A stretch of DNA of 64,000 nucleotides from an uncultured delta proteobacterium. GTDB taxonomy: Bacteria > Desulfobacterota > Binatia > UBA9968. A program made the translations under genes and the position numbers. Under the pieces are notes generated by a model. The model worked only from the letters and a program-made list of their open reading frames with translations. It was not told where the DNA came from and did not search any database. The stretch's first letter is position 1, and every line of letters begins with the position of its first letter. Positions 27,250 to 37,346 of the stretch are shown here, one piece after another. The stretch covers positions 143,878-207,877 of the forward strand of contig CAVSHR010000007.1 of NCBI GenBank assembly GCA_963727625.1. Reading direction: 5' to 3'.

Positions 27250-29481
27250 ATGGCTGATTTTAAAGTAGTTGGAACTCCGGTGCCGCGCGGTGAAGGTAGC
27301 AAAAAAGTCAGGGGCCAAACGGTTTATGCCGCCGATGTAAAACTCCCCGGTTTGCTCTGGGCGAAAGTCCTGCGCAGCCCGCATCCCCATGCGCGGATTC
27401 GCAGCATCGATATATCCAGGGCGGGAAAAGTCCCCGGCGTGCGTGCGATCCTGACCGGCGAAGACGTCAAGGGCCGGTTCGTCGGCAAGCAGATCCGCGA
27501 CATGCCGGTGCTCTGCTGGGACAAAGTTCGTTTCGTCGGCGACCGGGTCGCGGCGGTGGCGGCGGAAACCGTCGACGCGGCGGAAGAGGCGATCCATTTA
27601 ATCGACGTCGATTACGAAATACTGCCGGCGGTTTTCGAACCGCTCGAAGCGACGGCGCCGAGCGCTCCGACGATTCATGAAAACGTCGCCGGCTACGCCG
27701 GCGGGCCGGAAAAAATTCTCGCCGCCGATTTGCATAACGGGCTGACGCGGCTCAAGTGGGAGAAGGGCGACGTGGAAGCCGGATTTCGCGACTCCGATCT
27801 GGTCATGGAACATACGTTCTATGTTCCGGCGCGCCATCAGGGCTATCTCGAACCGCACGCGGCGAGCATCGCCATCGAAACCGACGGGCGGATTCAAGTC
27901 TGGGCCTCGGTCAAAAATCCCTTCAACGTGCGCACCCAATTGGCCAACGGCATCGGGGTTGCCGAAGAGCGCATCCGCATGAATCCGGTGAATGTTGGCG
28001 GCGAGTTCGGCGGCAAGGGCGACGGCGTCGAGCTGCCGGTGATTTATTTTCTCGCGCAAAAGGCGGGAAGCCCGGTGAAGCTCGTCATGAGCTACGCCGA
28101 GGAATTGTCGGCGAGCAATCCCGCCCATCCGACCGTCATCACGATCAAGAGCGGCGTAATGCGCGACGGGCGCCTGGTCGCGCGCAAGATGCGCGCGGCG
28201 CACGCCAGCGGCGGTTATGGCGCGCTCAAGTCGAATACCTCCTTGGCGACCTGGCACTACGCCGGCGGGCAATACCGGGTCGACAACGCCGACATCGAAT
28301 ATCTGCAAATTTACACCAACACGGTGCCCGGCGGTTATTACCGCAGCCCGGGCGCAGTGGCCACGGCATTTGCCGTCGACGGCCATACCGATATCCTCGC
28401 CAAGGAGCTCGGCATGGACCCGGCCGAGTTCCGTCTGAAAAATTTCTTGCGGGAAGGGGAGGCGGACGCGGTCGGCCACGAGCTGCACAACGTGCGCTTC
28501 CGCGAAGTGCTGCAGGGGGCGCTCGGCGCGGCCGGTTGGGAGAAAACCAAAAAGCGCAATCGCGGCCGCGGTATCGCGCTGTCCGGCCGGCATATCAGCG
28601 GCGGCGACACGGGGGTGATCCTGCGCGCCGATCCGGACGGCGGGTTTTCAATCATCAGCCCGAGCATCGATCAAGGCTCGGGGACGCACACGATCTTGCG
28701 CCAGCTGGTCGCGGACCAGATGAAAATGCCGATCGATCAGGTGCGCGTGGTCATCGGCGACACCGACAGCGCGCCGCGCGACAGCGGCATGCGCGCAAGC
28801 CGGATGACCTACGTGGCGGGCCAAGCGATGATGCAAGCCTGCGACAAGCTGCGCGAGCGTTTGCTCGACCGGGCGGGGCGGCTGTTGGAATGTTCGGCGG
28901 ATGAAGTGGATTTCGCCGCCGGTCGATTTTCCCTGCGCCAGGACCCCGGGCAGCAGGTTTCGTTGCGCCGCGTGGTGGCCCAAGCCGCTGAACCCCTCGA
29001 AGCGATGGTTTACGAAGACTATCCTTACCCTGAAGACATTTCTTACCTTTGCGCCCAGGTGGCCGAGGTCGAAGTGGACCCCGACACCGGCGCCGTGAAG
29101 CTCTGTCGCTTCATCAGCGCCCACGACGTCGGCACGGTGATCAATCCGGCGATGCACCAGGGTCAGATCGACGGCGCGACGATCATGGGCATCGGCCAGG
29201 GCATCATGGAAGAGCTGGTGATCGACGGCGGCAAAGTAACCAATAACAATTTAGGCGACTACAAGCTGCCCTCGATCAAAGACATTCCCGAGCTGAAAAC
29301 CGTGCTGGTCAAATCCACCGGCGGCGTCGGCCCGCTGGATTCCAAACCGATCGGCGAGTTCGCCAACAACGCGCCGCCCGCCGCCATCGCCAACGCCATC
29401 GCCGACGCGGTGGGCGTGCGCTTGTTCGAGCTGCCGGTCAAGGCAGAGCAAATTTATCAGGCGTTGAAGGAGAGGCGCTGA
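27250..29481 (+). CDS. Xanthine dehydrogenase-family molybdopterin-binding subunit (paralog 2)
   Basis: LRSPHPHARI, GGEFGGK, AHDVGTVINP..GQIDG, KPIGE. Confidence 0.95.
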   Translation: MADFKVVGTPVPRGEGSKKVRGQTVYAADVKLPGLLWAKVLRSPHPHARIRSIDISRAGKVPGVRAILTGEDVKGRFVGKQIRDMPVLCWDKVRFVGDRVAAVAAETVDAAEEAIHLIDVDYEILPAVFEPLEATAPSAPTIHENVAGYAGGPEKILAADLHNGLTRLKWEKGDVEAGFRDSDLVMEHTFYVPARHQGYLEPHAASIAIETDGRIQVWASVKNPFNVRTQLANGIGVAEERIRMNPVNVGGEFGGKGDGVELPVIYFLAQKAGSPVKLVMSYAEELSASNPAHPTVITIKSGVMRDGRLVARKMRAAHASGGYGALKSNTSLATWHYAGGQYRVDNADIEYLQIYTNTVPGGYYRSPGAVATAFAVDGHTDILAKELGMDPAEFRLKNFLREGEADAVGHELHNVRFREVLQGALGAAGWEKTKKRNRGRGIALSGRHISGGDTGVILRADPDGGFSIISPSIDQGSGTHTILRQLVADQMKMPIDQVRVVIGDTDSAPRDSGMRASRMTYVAGQAMMQACDKLRERLLDRAGRLLECSADEVDFAAGRFSLRQDPGQQVSLRRVVAQAAEPLEAMVYEDYPYPEDISYLCAQVAEVEVDPDTGAVKLCRFISAHDVGTVINPAMHQGQIDGATIMGIGQGIMEELVIDGGKVTNNNLGDYKLPSIKDIPELKTVLVKSTGGVGPLDSKPIGEFANNAPPAAIANAIADAVGVRLFELPVKAEQIYQALKERR

Positions 29482-29645
29482 AGAAGAATTTTCGAAACCG
29501 GGTGATTGACCGCCAAGAGCACAAAGGGAACATGGAAAAGAATTAGGAATCGGATAGTTTAACTGCAAAAGAAACAGACAGCGCAAAAAGGAAATTGGCA
29601 TTGAAGGGGACGCGATTTATTGCGTCCGTTTCGAGAGAGGTTGTG

Positions 29646-30476
29646 ATGTCGCAGACAATTGAAATGACTGCGGTGCAGTCGACGTTGAATTATATCATTC
29701 CAGATGGCGAGAAACCGGTGACGATGTCTAACCTGCCTGGTGAAGTCAGGGTCACGAGCAATACGGGGAAATACCAGGCGCACGCGGTGACGATCCGCAA
29801 TGGCCGGTTGGTGACTGGCTTTTCGTTGGAAAAGCAAGGTTTCATTTTCGTCAAGCATGAAACCAAGGTGAAAGATTTCTACGACGACGCGGAGGTCAAG
29901 CGCGTCTATTATCCAGAGATCGAGCAGCTGGTGCAGCAGGCCACCGGGGCGGCACGTGTGCTCGTTTTCGATCACACGCTACGGGCGGAGAACGACGAGG
30001 TGCGCGAAGAGAAATTCGCCAGCCGGCCGGTGCGTAGCGTGCACAATGATTACACCGAGTGGTCGGGGCCGCAGCGGGTGCGTGATCTATTGCCGAAGGA
30101 AGAAGCCGAAGCGCTGATCCGCAAGCGCTTCAGCGTGGTTCAGGTCTGGCGACCGGTGCGCAATCCAGTCGTCTCGGCGCCGCTGGCAATCGCTGATTCC
30201 GCGAGCATCGCCGAGAAGGATCTGGTCGGCACCGAGAGGCGCTACCCGGACCGCGTCGGAGAAATTTATCATCTGGCTTACAACCCAGAGCATCGCTGGT
30301 TTTATTTTCCCTACATGCAGACCGACGAAGCGATTGTCTTCAAATGCTACGATTCCATGAAAGACGGCCGCGCCCGCTGGTCCGCCCACGCCGCCTTCGA
30401 CGATCCCAACAGCCCGCCCGACGCGCCGGCGCGCGAGAGCATCGAGATGCGCACGCTGGCGTTCTTCGACGATTAA
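29646..30476 (+). CDS. CmcJ/NvfI (AsaB-like) family oxidoreductase
   Basis: VFDHTLR, VHNDYT, VWRP..PLAIAD, AHAAFDDP, RESIEMR. Confidence 0.88.
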   Translation: MSQTIEMTAVQSTLNYIIPDGEKPVTMSNLPGEVRVTSNTGKYQAHAVTIRNGRLVTGFSLEKQGFIFVKHETKVKDFYDDAEVKRVYYPEIEQLVQQATGAARVLVFDHTLRAENDEVREEKFASRPVRSVHNDYTEWSGPQRVRDLLPKEEAEALIRKRFSVVQVWRPVRNPVVSAPLAIADSASIAEKDLVGTERRYPDRVGEIYHLAYNPEHRWFYFPYMQTDEAIVFKCYDSMKDGRARWSAHAAFDDPNSPPDAPARESIEMRTLAFFDD

Positions 30477-30525
30477 CTCGTCAGGCGGCCTGCGGGCCGT
30501 TCCTTCCGGGCGTCTAAAATTAGCA

Positions 30526-31689
30526 TCACGCCGGCCTCAATTCCGGGTCCACCGGATATTGCGACAGAATTTCCGCGCCGTCGGCGGTGACGCGGAGCAG
30601 GTGCTCGAGCTTCACCGGATAGTGATTGACTTCCAGGGCGACGATCATATTTTCCTCCAGAGAGATCATGTACTTTTCCGGATCGCCGCCGCGCAGCCAG
30701 GGCGATTCGTAAACGCACAGGCCGACGCCGTGGTAGCCGTCGAAACCGGGCAAACGCATGCTTGCGCTGGCGCCCTTGCCGAAGCGTCGAAAGGCCTCCG
30801 TGCATGGGCCCGGCTTGACAAACTTCAGCGCTTCATAGAGCGAGTGATACGCTTCTTTGTAACGCTGCTTGGTCGCCTCGCTGGGTTTGCCGTGGCTGAA
30901 GGTGCGGGCGAAGTCGCTGTAATAGCCGCCCGGCCCGGCGACGGTGGCGTCGCAGATCACCAGGTCGCCTTCTTTGACGACCAGATCGTCGCCCATCGGC
31001 TCGTTATGCGAGCGGGTGTCGGCGGTCGAAGAATCGTAGATCGATATGAACTCACTGCCGGCTTCAAAGCCCTGATCCATTAAATAATCGAGCATGACCC
31101 GGCTGAGCTTTTCTTCCGGCGGATCGGAGCGGCGCAATTCCTCGCGCACCAGGTCGTAGCCGCGCTCTTTGGTTTTGGTCGTCCAGCGGATCAACTGCAC
31201 TTCGTCGACGGTCTTCACCGCGCGGGCCCGGTTGATCGCCGGCCAGCCGTCGACGAGCTCGAGGCCGGCGTCTTTCAAGCCGTCCACGGCGGCCAAATTC
31301 AAAACATCCACGCCGACCTTCTCGCCGGCGGCGCCGAGCTGTTTGAGGCCTGTGACTGCCTGATTGACGAAATCCTCGGTCGCGACCGGCGGGCGCATGG
31401 CGAACATATAGGCGTCGAAGCGCAGGTTTCGGTATTGGGTCCGGCGCGACAGCTCACGCTGGCAGATCAGCGGCTCGCCTTTGGCGGGCACCAGAACGAA
31501 GCGCTGAATTCCCGTGGCGCGCAATCCGAGCATCATCACGGTATTGGTGGCGTAGCGAATATTCAAAAAATCGGTGAGCAATAGTGCGCCGAGCCCTTCG
31601 CTCTGTATGGCGGCCTGCAATCGCGCGAGGCGATCTTTGGTGAGCCGCTCCATGTCGACGCCGAAAGGGGTGAGATCTGCGTAGAACAT
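30526..31689 (-). CDS. M24 (Xaa-Pro peptidase/creatinase-like) family protein
   Basis: NIRYAT, RAVKT.DE, GYYSDFART, HGVGL..ESP, ALE, KLEH. Confidence 0.88.
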   Translation of the reverse strand: MFYADLTPFGVDMERLTKDRLARLQAAIQSEGLGALLLTDFLNIRYATNTVMMLGLRATGIQRFVLVPAKGEPLICQRELSRRTQYRNLRFDAYMFAMRPPVATEDFVNQAVTGLKQLGAAGEKVGVDVLNLAAVDGLKDAGLELVDGWPAINRARAVKTVDEVQLIRWTTKTKERGYDLVREELRRSDPPEEKLSRVMLDYLMDQGFEAGSEFISIYDSSTADTRSHNEPMGDDLVVKEGDLVICDATVAGPGGYYSDFARTFSHGKPSEATKQRYKEAYHSLYEALKFVKPGPCTEAFRRFGKGASASMRLPGFDGYHGVGLCVYESPWLRGGDPEKYMISLEENMIVALEVNHYPVKLEHLLRVTADGAEILSQYPVDPELRPA

Positions 31690-31757
31690 CTAGCCTCCTG
31701 ATGAATTGAGTTAACATTCGCTACTGCCAATCCGGGCGGGTGTCAAGGTTTTCCAAA

Positions 31758-31819
31758 GTTTCTAGTTGCCGGTTTCTTGTTTCCAGTTATCCAGAGACTC
31801 GGAACCTGAAACTAGAAAC
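31758..31819. repeat. Inverted heptamer arrays (GTTTCnn / nnGAAAC) with no gene between them
   Basis: gtttcta gttgccg gtttctt gtttcca ... ggaacctgaaactagaaac. Confidence 0.65.
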
Positions 31820-31876
31820 GACTCGAATCGCCCGCCTTGACTTTTCGCGGGGATCACGTTGGTAATGACTATCATC

Positions 31877-33499
31877 ATGGACAACACGCTACAGGACATT
31901 TTGACCCTGGTCGAAAAGGGAACCGTCGAGCAACGCTGCGCCGCGCTGCTCGTGTTGGGCGCGCTCAAGGCCAACAGCGGGGCTGTGGTAAAGCTGGTCG
32001 GAACGCTGCTCGATCAGCCGAATCCGGTGTTGAAAGACTATGCGTTGCGCTATTTCGAAGAAGTCCAGCCCAAGAGCAACATCGCCCAACTGCTCAAGAT
32101 GCTCGACGACCCCGATAAAGAGATGCAAGAACGGGCGGCGCGGTCATTGATCGCGACCGGCCAGACGGCGATCGCGCCGCTGGTCCATGGTTTGGCCGGC
32201 GCCAACCGCGTCTGGCAGCTCAACGCGGCGCGGGTGTTGAGTCAGGTGCGCGGCAAGGCGGCGCTGAAAGCGCTGCTCCAGTTGCTGATTGACGGCACAG
32301 ACGAGACGAACCGGGTGATCTGCGACCTTCTCACGCCGGTGCTGCGTGAAATGAGTGCCAAAGAATCGGGCGCGTTTTATGACGAAGTCGAGGCTTTCGC
32401 GGCAAAGCTCGATATCAAACAGCAACGGCCCGCGGTGGTTTCCGCGATACGTTTGCTTGGCCAACTGGGGCGGCCTCAGGCGCGGCGCTGGTTATTCAAG
32501 TTTATCGGCGCGGAGCAGCATCCCGCCGTCCGCACCCACGCTTTGATCGCGTTGCTGCGTTGCCTGCGCGACCAGGATTTGCGCAAGGACGAGTATGCCA
32601 AGCTGTTTCCGTTGCTCGAGGAACCGGTTTACAACGAGGTGACCCGTCTGGCCATCGATTTGCTCGACGCCCACGAGCTGCCCGATGATTCCCGCGCGCT
32701 GTTCACCAAGCTGATGCAGAGCCCGCACTCCGACGTGCAAAAATTTGCGCTCCGAAAAATGGGCGACGTCGGCACCCCCGCCACCGTGCGCACCCTGGTC
32801 GAGCAACTGGGCGATGCGGATTACCGCAAGCGCGACGTCGCCGCCAGCTCGCTGCGCAAGATTCCCGAAGCGCGCGCCGCCTTGATCAAGGAGCTGATCG
32901 CCTGCGAAGACGCCAGCAAAGCCTGGAGCATCGCCGAGCTCCTGGCGTCCTTCGAGGGCAAGTGGCGCCAGGATGTTTTGGATGCCTTGTGGAAAAGACT
33001 GCAAAGCGCCATCGATGCCGAGGATCGCATTCAAACCGCATTTCTCCATGTGCTCAAACGGGCGGATAGCGAATTGGCTTATGAAAAACTCGTCGGACAG
33101 GGCACCAAGCTGGTCAAGGCGAAGAAGTATAAAGAAGCGCTGGGCTATTTGACGCCTCTAAAGGACTTTCCCGAATTCAAACCGGACAATAAATTTCAAC
33201 TCGCCGCTTTGCAGCTCAAGCTGCACGCGCATACGGTGGCGAGCCACAAAAATCATCCGGCCGTCGAATTGATCACCGACCTATGCCGCAATACCGCCTT
33301 TCCGGTGTTCGAGGTGTTGCGAAAGGAAAAGAGCCTGGCGCCGGAGGATCTTTTTGCCCTGGGCTTCAGCATGGCAGAGCGCGCTGGGCAGGAGCGCGGC
33401 CTGGGCATCGATCTGCTGGAACACATCGCGGAGAAATTTCCGCGCAACAAGATCGGCAAAAACGCCAAGAACAAACTGAAGCTGGTCGCCGGGATCTAG
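31877..33499 (+). CDS. HEAT/ARM-repeat protein
   Basis: Recurrent LxxLLxDPxxxVR..AAxxL helical repeats. Confidence 0.8.
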   Translation: MDNTLQDILTLVEKGTVEQRCAALLVLGALKANSGAVVKLVGTLLDQPNPVLKDYALRYFEEVQPKSNIAQLLKMLDDPDKEMQERAARSLIATGQTAIAPLVHGLAGANRVWQLNAARVLSQVRGKAALKALLQLLIDGTDETNRVICDLLTPVLREMSAKESGAFYDEVEAFAAKLDIKQQRPAVVSAIRLLGQLGRPQARRWLFKFIGAEQHPAVRTHALIALLRCLRDQDLRKDEYAKLFPLLEEPVYNEVTRLAIDLLDAHELPDDSRALFTKLMQSPHSDVQKFALRKMGDVGTPATVRTLVEQLGDADYRKRDVAASSLRKIPEARAALIKELIACEDASKAWSIAELLASFEGKWRQDVLDALWKRLQSAIDAEDRIQTAFLHVLKRADSELAYEKLVGQGTKLVKAKKYKEALGYLTPLKDFPEFKPDNKFQLAALQLKLHAHTVASHKNHPAVELITDLCRNTAFPVFEVLRKEKSLAPEDLFALGFSMAERAGQERGLGIDLLEHIAEKFPRNKIGKNAKNKLKLVAGI

Positions 33500-33601
33500 G
33501 CTCCGGTCCTTGCGGCGTGTCGTTAGCGAATCATCGCTGGCGAAGGGTGTTTTTTTCTTTTCATCGCTATTTTTCAAAGCAACAGATGCTCGGCTAGAAT
33601 C

Positions 33602-33916
33602 ATGAAAACAATCGCGCTTTATTCGCTCGCCGCGGCGATGTATGTCAGCGGCGGTATGTTCATGAAATTGTCCCAGGGTCTGGCCCGATTCTTACCCACC
33701 CTTGCGCTGGTCGTGTTCTTCGGCGCGGGCGCGTTGGTCCAAGCGTGGGCAATGCAGCGTGAGGCGCTCGGCCCGAGTTACGTTGTCGTGCTCGGCCTGG
33801 AGGCCCTGCTCGTAACCGCCGTCGGCAGCATGTTTTTTGCCGAGCCGGTGACCGGAAAATTAGTCTGCGGCGTTGCGCTGGTCGTCGCGGGAATGTTCGT
33901 CTTGCGGCTGACTTAA
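33602..33916 (+). CDS. SMR/DMT-family small membrane transporter
   Basis: 104 aa, 4 TMs, MKLSQG, FFAEP. Confidence 0.8.
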   Translation: MKTIALYSLAAAMYVSGGMFMKLSQGLARFLPTLALVVFFGAGALVQAWAMQREALGPSYVVVLGLEALLVTAVGSMFFAEPVTGKLVCGVALVVAGMFVLRLT

Positions 33917-33954
33917 CGGCTGCCGGGGATGAGCACCAGGGTCTTTGCTCCGCT

Positions 33955-34791
33955 TTATTTCCCGGCCGTGAGTTCCCACCAGTTCTTATCCAAATCACTG
34001 AAGATAAAATGTGCTCTGCCGTCGGCCTGCTCCAGCTCCCGGAGCTCGGTGATGCCGATGGTTTCGCCTGCGGCGGCAAATGCTCGGTGCGCTTGCTCGA
34101 CATCTTCAGGCGTCGCCATGGCGAGCGCAAAACGATTGACCGGGGCCAGATATTGGCGCGGACTGCGCTTCAAGACCACGATGTACCAGGGCGCCGCGGC
34201 ATGTTTGATATACTGGGCATTGTTGAATCCCGCCAAGATCTCCAGGCCCAAAACTTCCGTGTAGAAGCGGCGGCTGCGCTCGATGTCGTCGCACTGGAGC
34301 GTGCCGTGGGTAAACGCTTGAGGCAGATAGCCGCGGCCGGGAAAGTAGTCGTCGGATAGCGGTTTCTCCCAATGCCCCGCCGTATGTGCGCGGCCGTGCA
34401 ACGCGCCGCCGGGATTGTAATATTCGATTTCGAGGTGATTGCCGCCGGGCTCGCGAAAATAAATCGAGTAGGCAAAGTGGGCGCTCTGCGGCTTGGTAAT
34501 TTTACTGATTCGATATTTTTCCTTGTGCGCTTCGATATATTTCCACGCCGCTTCGACTTCCTCGTGGGTGCCGACGCGAAAACCGTAGTGGTTATCGAAA
34601 CCTTTTTCCCGCGCGCCGGGTCCGCCTTCATGGACGATCAACCGCCAGGCGGTGTTCGGATGCTCGAGCGTCGCTTCGCCCGGCTTCCGCTCGACGATCT
34701 CCATCGCCAAAAGATCGGTGAAGACCGGCAAAGTTTCCGCGAGCGAGCGGCATTCGTAATGACCGGCAACCAGGCCGGTGGTTCTCAACAT
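33955..34791 (-). CDS. VOC/glyoxalase-superfamily protein (two domains)
   Basis: HYGF, YSIYFREPGGNHLEI, FYTEVLGLE, FSDLDKNWWEL. Confidence 0.88.
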   Translation of the reverse strand: MLRTTGLVAGHYECRSLAETLPVFTDLLAMEIVERKPGEATLEHPNTAWRLIVHEGGPGAREKGFDNHYGFRVGTHEEVEAAWKYIEAHKEKYRISKITKPQSAHFAYSIYFREPGGNHLEIEYYNPGGALHGRAHTAGHWEKPLSDDYFPGRGYLPQAFTHGTLQCDDIERSRRFYTEVLGLEILAGFNNAQYIKHAAAPWYIVVLKRSPRQYLAPVNRFALAMATPEDVEQAHRAFAAAGETIGITELRELEQADGRAHFIFSDLDKNWWELTAGK

Positions 34792-34909
34792 GGCTCAGTT
34801 CCTTTTACAAGCGTTCCCGTAAGTGTCTAAAATTACTCTGGCGAATTTATAACGCAACGTCGATCCCGTTCGAGCCAACCCTCTCGAGAAAGCGCGCTCA
34901 TATTCTTCT

Positions 34910-35935
34910 CTACAGTGCATAGAGCGCTTTGGCGTTGTCGTGGACGATTTTCTTTGCCAGGTCTGGCGTCAGGCGCGGATCGGCGCTCAAATTATGAATC
35001 GCCAGCAATTCGGTTGCGCTGTCGGCATGGGCATAGTCCGAGCCGATCACGATGTTGTCTTCCCCGAGCTTGCCGACGATGTAGGGAATATCGTCGGTGG
35101 TTTCACAGGCGACGTAGATGCGGTCCCGGCGCAGAAAATCCGGCTTGAGCTCCTTGCCTTTGATGCGAAAGCGTTTGGTTAGATCGGTGTAGGCGTAGGG
35201 CAGCCACTCGGCGCTGATCTCCAAGAAACCGATGCGCAATTTGGGGAAGCGCTCGGGAATCCGGTCCATCACCATCGAGTGAAACGCGCCGACGCAGTTG
35301 AGTTTGAATTTCGAAAAGCCGACGGTTTCGTATTTGTAATAGTTGTAAAGCGTCGCGCTGCCATTGGCGGCGTGAATGCAAATCGCGAGATCCAAGCGGC
35401 CGGCTTCTTTGTAGAGCGGAAAAAAATACGGATCGCTCAACAACAAGTCGCCTTCGGTGCCGCGCATGAAAATGCCGCAGGCGCCGTGTTCCTTGGCGAA
35501 GCGCGCTTCGGCAAGCGCCTGCTCCATGGTCATCAACGGCATGACCGCGGCCCAGCGCAGCCGCTCTTTTTCCTGCCTCCAGATATCGGCGAGCCAGCGG
35601 TTGTAGCTGCGCGCGAGCGCGAGCTCGACCTCGGGTCGCGGCGTGAGCGGAATCAGAAACAGCGTGGGGTAAAGCACTTGAATGCTCACGCCGAGCTCGT
35701 CCATGTGCTTTAAACGCGTCGGCACGTCGCGCATCTCGCGCGAGGCTTGCGGCGTGTTGCGGCCGACGTTGCCGGATTTCAAGCGTAGGGTGCCGTCGAC
35801 CAGCCAGTATTCGTCCTTAGACTCGCCGCCGGTGGCGCCGACGATCCGCGGCCGGTGCTTGCGCTCGGCGCCGTCCATGGATTCCCAGGTTTGCTCGGTT
35901 TCCAAGACATGGGCGTCGGCATCGATAGTCAACAC
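34910..35935 (-). CDS. Amidohydrolase family 2 protein
   Basis: GTG start after GAGGAG; IDADAHV, YNRWLAD, GSDYAHAD. Confidence 0.92.
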   Translation of the reverse strand: MLTIDADAHVLETEQTWESMDGAERKHRPRIVGATGGESKDEYWLVDGTLRLKSGNVGRNTPQASREMRDVPTRLKHMDELGVSIQVLYPTLFLIPLTPRPEVELALARSYNRWLADIWRQEKERLRWAAVMPLMTMEQALAEARFAKEHGACGIFMRGTEGDLLLSDPYFFPLYKEAGRLDLAICIHAANGSATLYNYYKYETVGFSKFKLNCVGAFHSMVMDRIPERFPKLRIGFLEISAEWLPYAYTDLTKRFRIKGKELKPDFLRRDRIYVACETTDDIPYIVGKLGEDNIVIGSDYAHADSATELLAIHNLSADPRLTPDLAKKIVHDNAKALYAL

Positions 35936-36108
35936 GGAGAACTCCTCGCTTTCGGAATTTAATCGCAAGCCATTAAAGGTCTAAACAGTTGGGTTCATAG
36001 CACCGCGATTTGGACTGCGTCAAATGCGGCGGATCGATCTCGGCGCCGACGTTGACAACTTTTTTGTCTCGGTGTAAGCCGGGCCAACAGCCATCCACGC
36101 GAGGAATT

Positions 36109-37299
36109 ATGAAGTACAAATGCATTTCCGCCGATTCTCATCTGGAGATTCGTCCCGATCGCTATACCCAACGGGTGCCGGAGAAATTCCGCGACCGCGC
36201 GCCGAAAGTGATTACGCTGGAAGACGGCACGCTGGCCGTGCTCCAGGAAGGCCAACCGCTAGAGCGCTTGATCTCCAACATCTCCGCGGGCCTGCCCTAT
36301 GAGGAGCGCCGGCCCTTCGATCCCCTGCCAGGCAACAACTATGAAAATTCTCCCGGCACGGGGTCCCCCGAGCAACGGCTTCGCGAGCAGGACAAGGACG
36401 GTGTCGACGCCGAAGTGTTGTTCGCCGGCAACGTCGGGCCGGGTTTCTGGCGCGGCATTCGCAACGACGACGCTTACAAAGCGGTGGTGCGCGCTTACAA
36501 CGATTGGCTTGCGGAAGAATACTGTTCGTCTGCGCCGGAGCGGCTCATCGGCGTCGGCGTGATACCGATCACCAACATCGACGACGCGGTGGCGGAGTTG
36601 CGGCACTGCGCCAAGCTCGGCCTCAAGGCGGTCGCCATCGACAATTTTCCCGCCGGCAACCGATTTCCGACGCCGGCCGATGATCCGTTCTGGGCCGCTG
36701 TCGTCGACCTCGATATGGCGCTGACGATCCACGTCGAGTTCGGGTTTCCCAGACGCGGGCGCGGCCAGCCCGCGGTCCCGGCACCGGCCTTTAAATACGC
36801 GCGCCAGACCGACCCCGAGCATCACGTGCCGGACGTGGTCGAGCGCTTTAACAAATACGGTTTTCGCGGCAGCAAGCAGGTCGTGCAGATGATCTGGGGC
36901 GGCGCCTTCGAGCGTTTCCCGAACCTGAATATTTACGTCGCCGAGGTGCAGATCGGTTGGGTTCCCAACTGGATGGATCAGATGGACAACGAATACGGCC
37001 GTCAGCAGTATTGGGCCGAGCGGGTTCTCGGATTGCCGCGACTCAAGCGCATGCCCAGCGAGATCGCGCGCGAGCATTGCCATTGGGGCTTCAATCGTAA
37101 TCCGGTGGGCGTGCGCATCGCGCGCCAGGAAATGGACATCGACAAGCTCATGTGGGCGAGCGATTTTCCCCATCTCGAATCGGATTGGCCGAACTCGCGC
37201 AAGGTCATTGCGGAGAATTTCGCCGGATCCGCGGAAGATGAGATTTGGAAAATGACCGTGGGCAACGCCGTGAAATATTTTCATCTCGCCGATCAGTAG
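36109..37299 (+). CDS. Amidohydrolase family 2 protein
   Basis: ISADSH, YNDWLAE, WASDFPH. Confidence 0.92.
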   Translation: MKYKCISADSHLEIRPDRYTQRVPEKFRDRAPKVITLEDGTLAVLQEGQPLERLISNISAGLPYEERRPFDPLPGNNYENSPGTGSPEQRLREQDKDGVDAEVLFAGNVGPGFWRGIRNDDAYKAVVRAYNDWLAEEYCSSAPERLIGVGVIPITNIDDAVAELRHCAKLGLKAVAIDNFPAGNRFPTPADDPFWAAVVDLDMALTIHVEFGFPRRGRGQPAVPAPAFKYARQTDPEHHVPDVVERFNKYGFRGSKQVVQMIWGGAFERFPNLNIYVAEVQIGWVPNWMDQMDNEYGRQQYWAERVLGLPRLKRMPSEIAREHCHWGFNRNPVGVRIARQEMDIDKLMWASDFPHLESDWPNSRKVIAENFAGSAEDEIWKMTVGNAVKYFHLADQ

Positions 37300-37301
37300 A
37301 C

Positions 37302-37329
37302 GTAGGGGCGGCCCGAAATCGGTCGCCCT
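37302..37329. repeat. GTAG-type REP-like element
   Basis: GTAGGGGCGGCCCGAAATCGGTCGCCCT. Confidence 0.6.
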
Positions 37330-37346
37330 GATTAGGAATCATCGCC

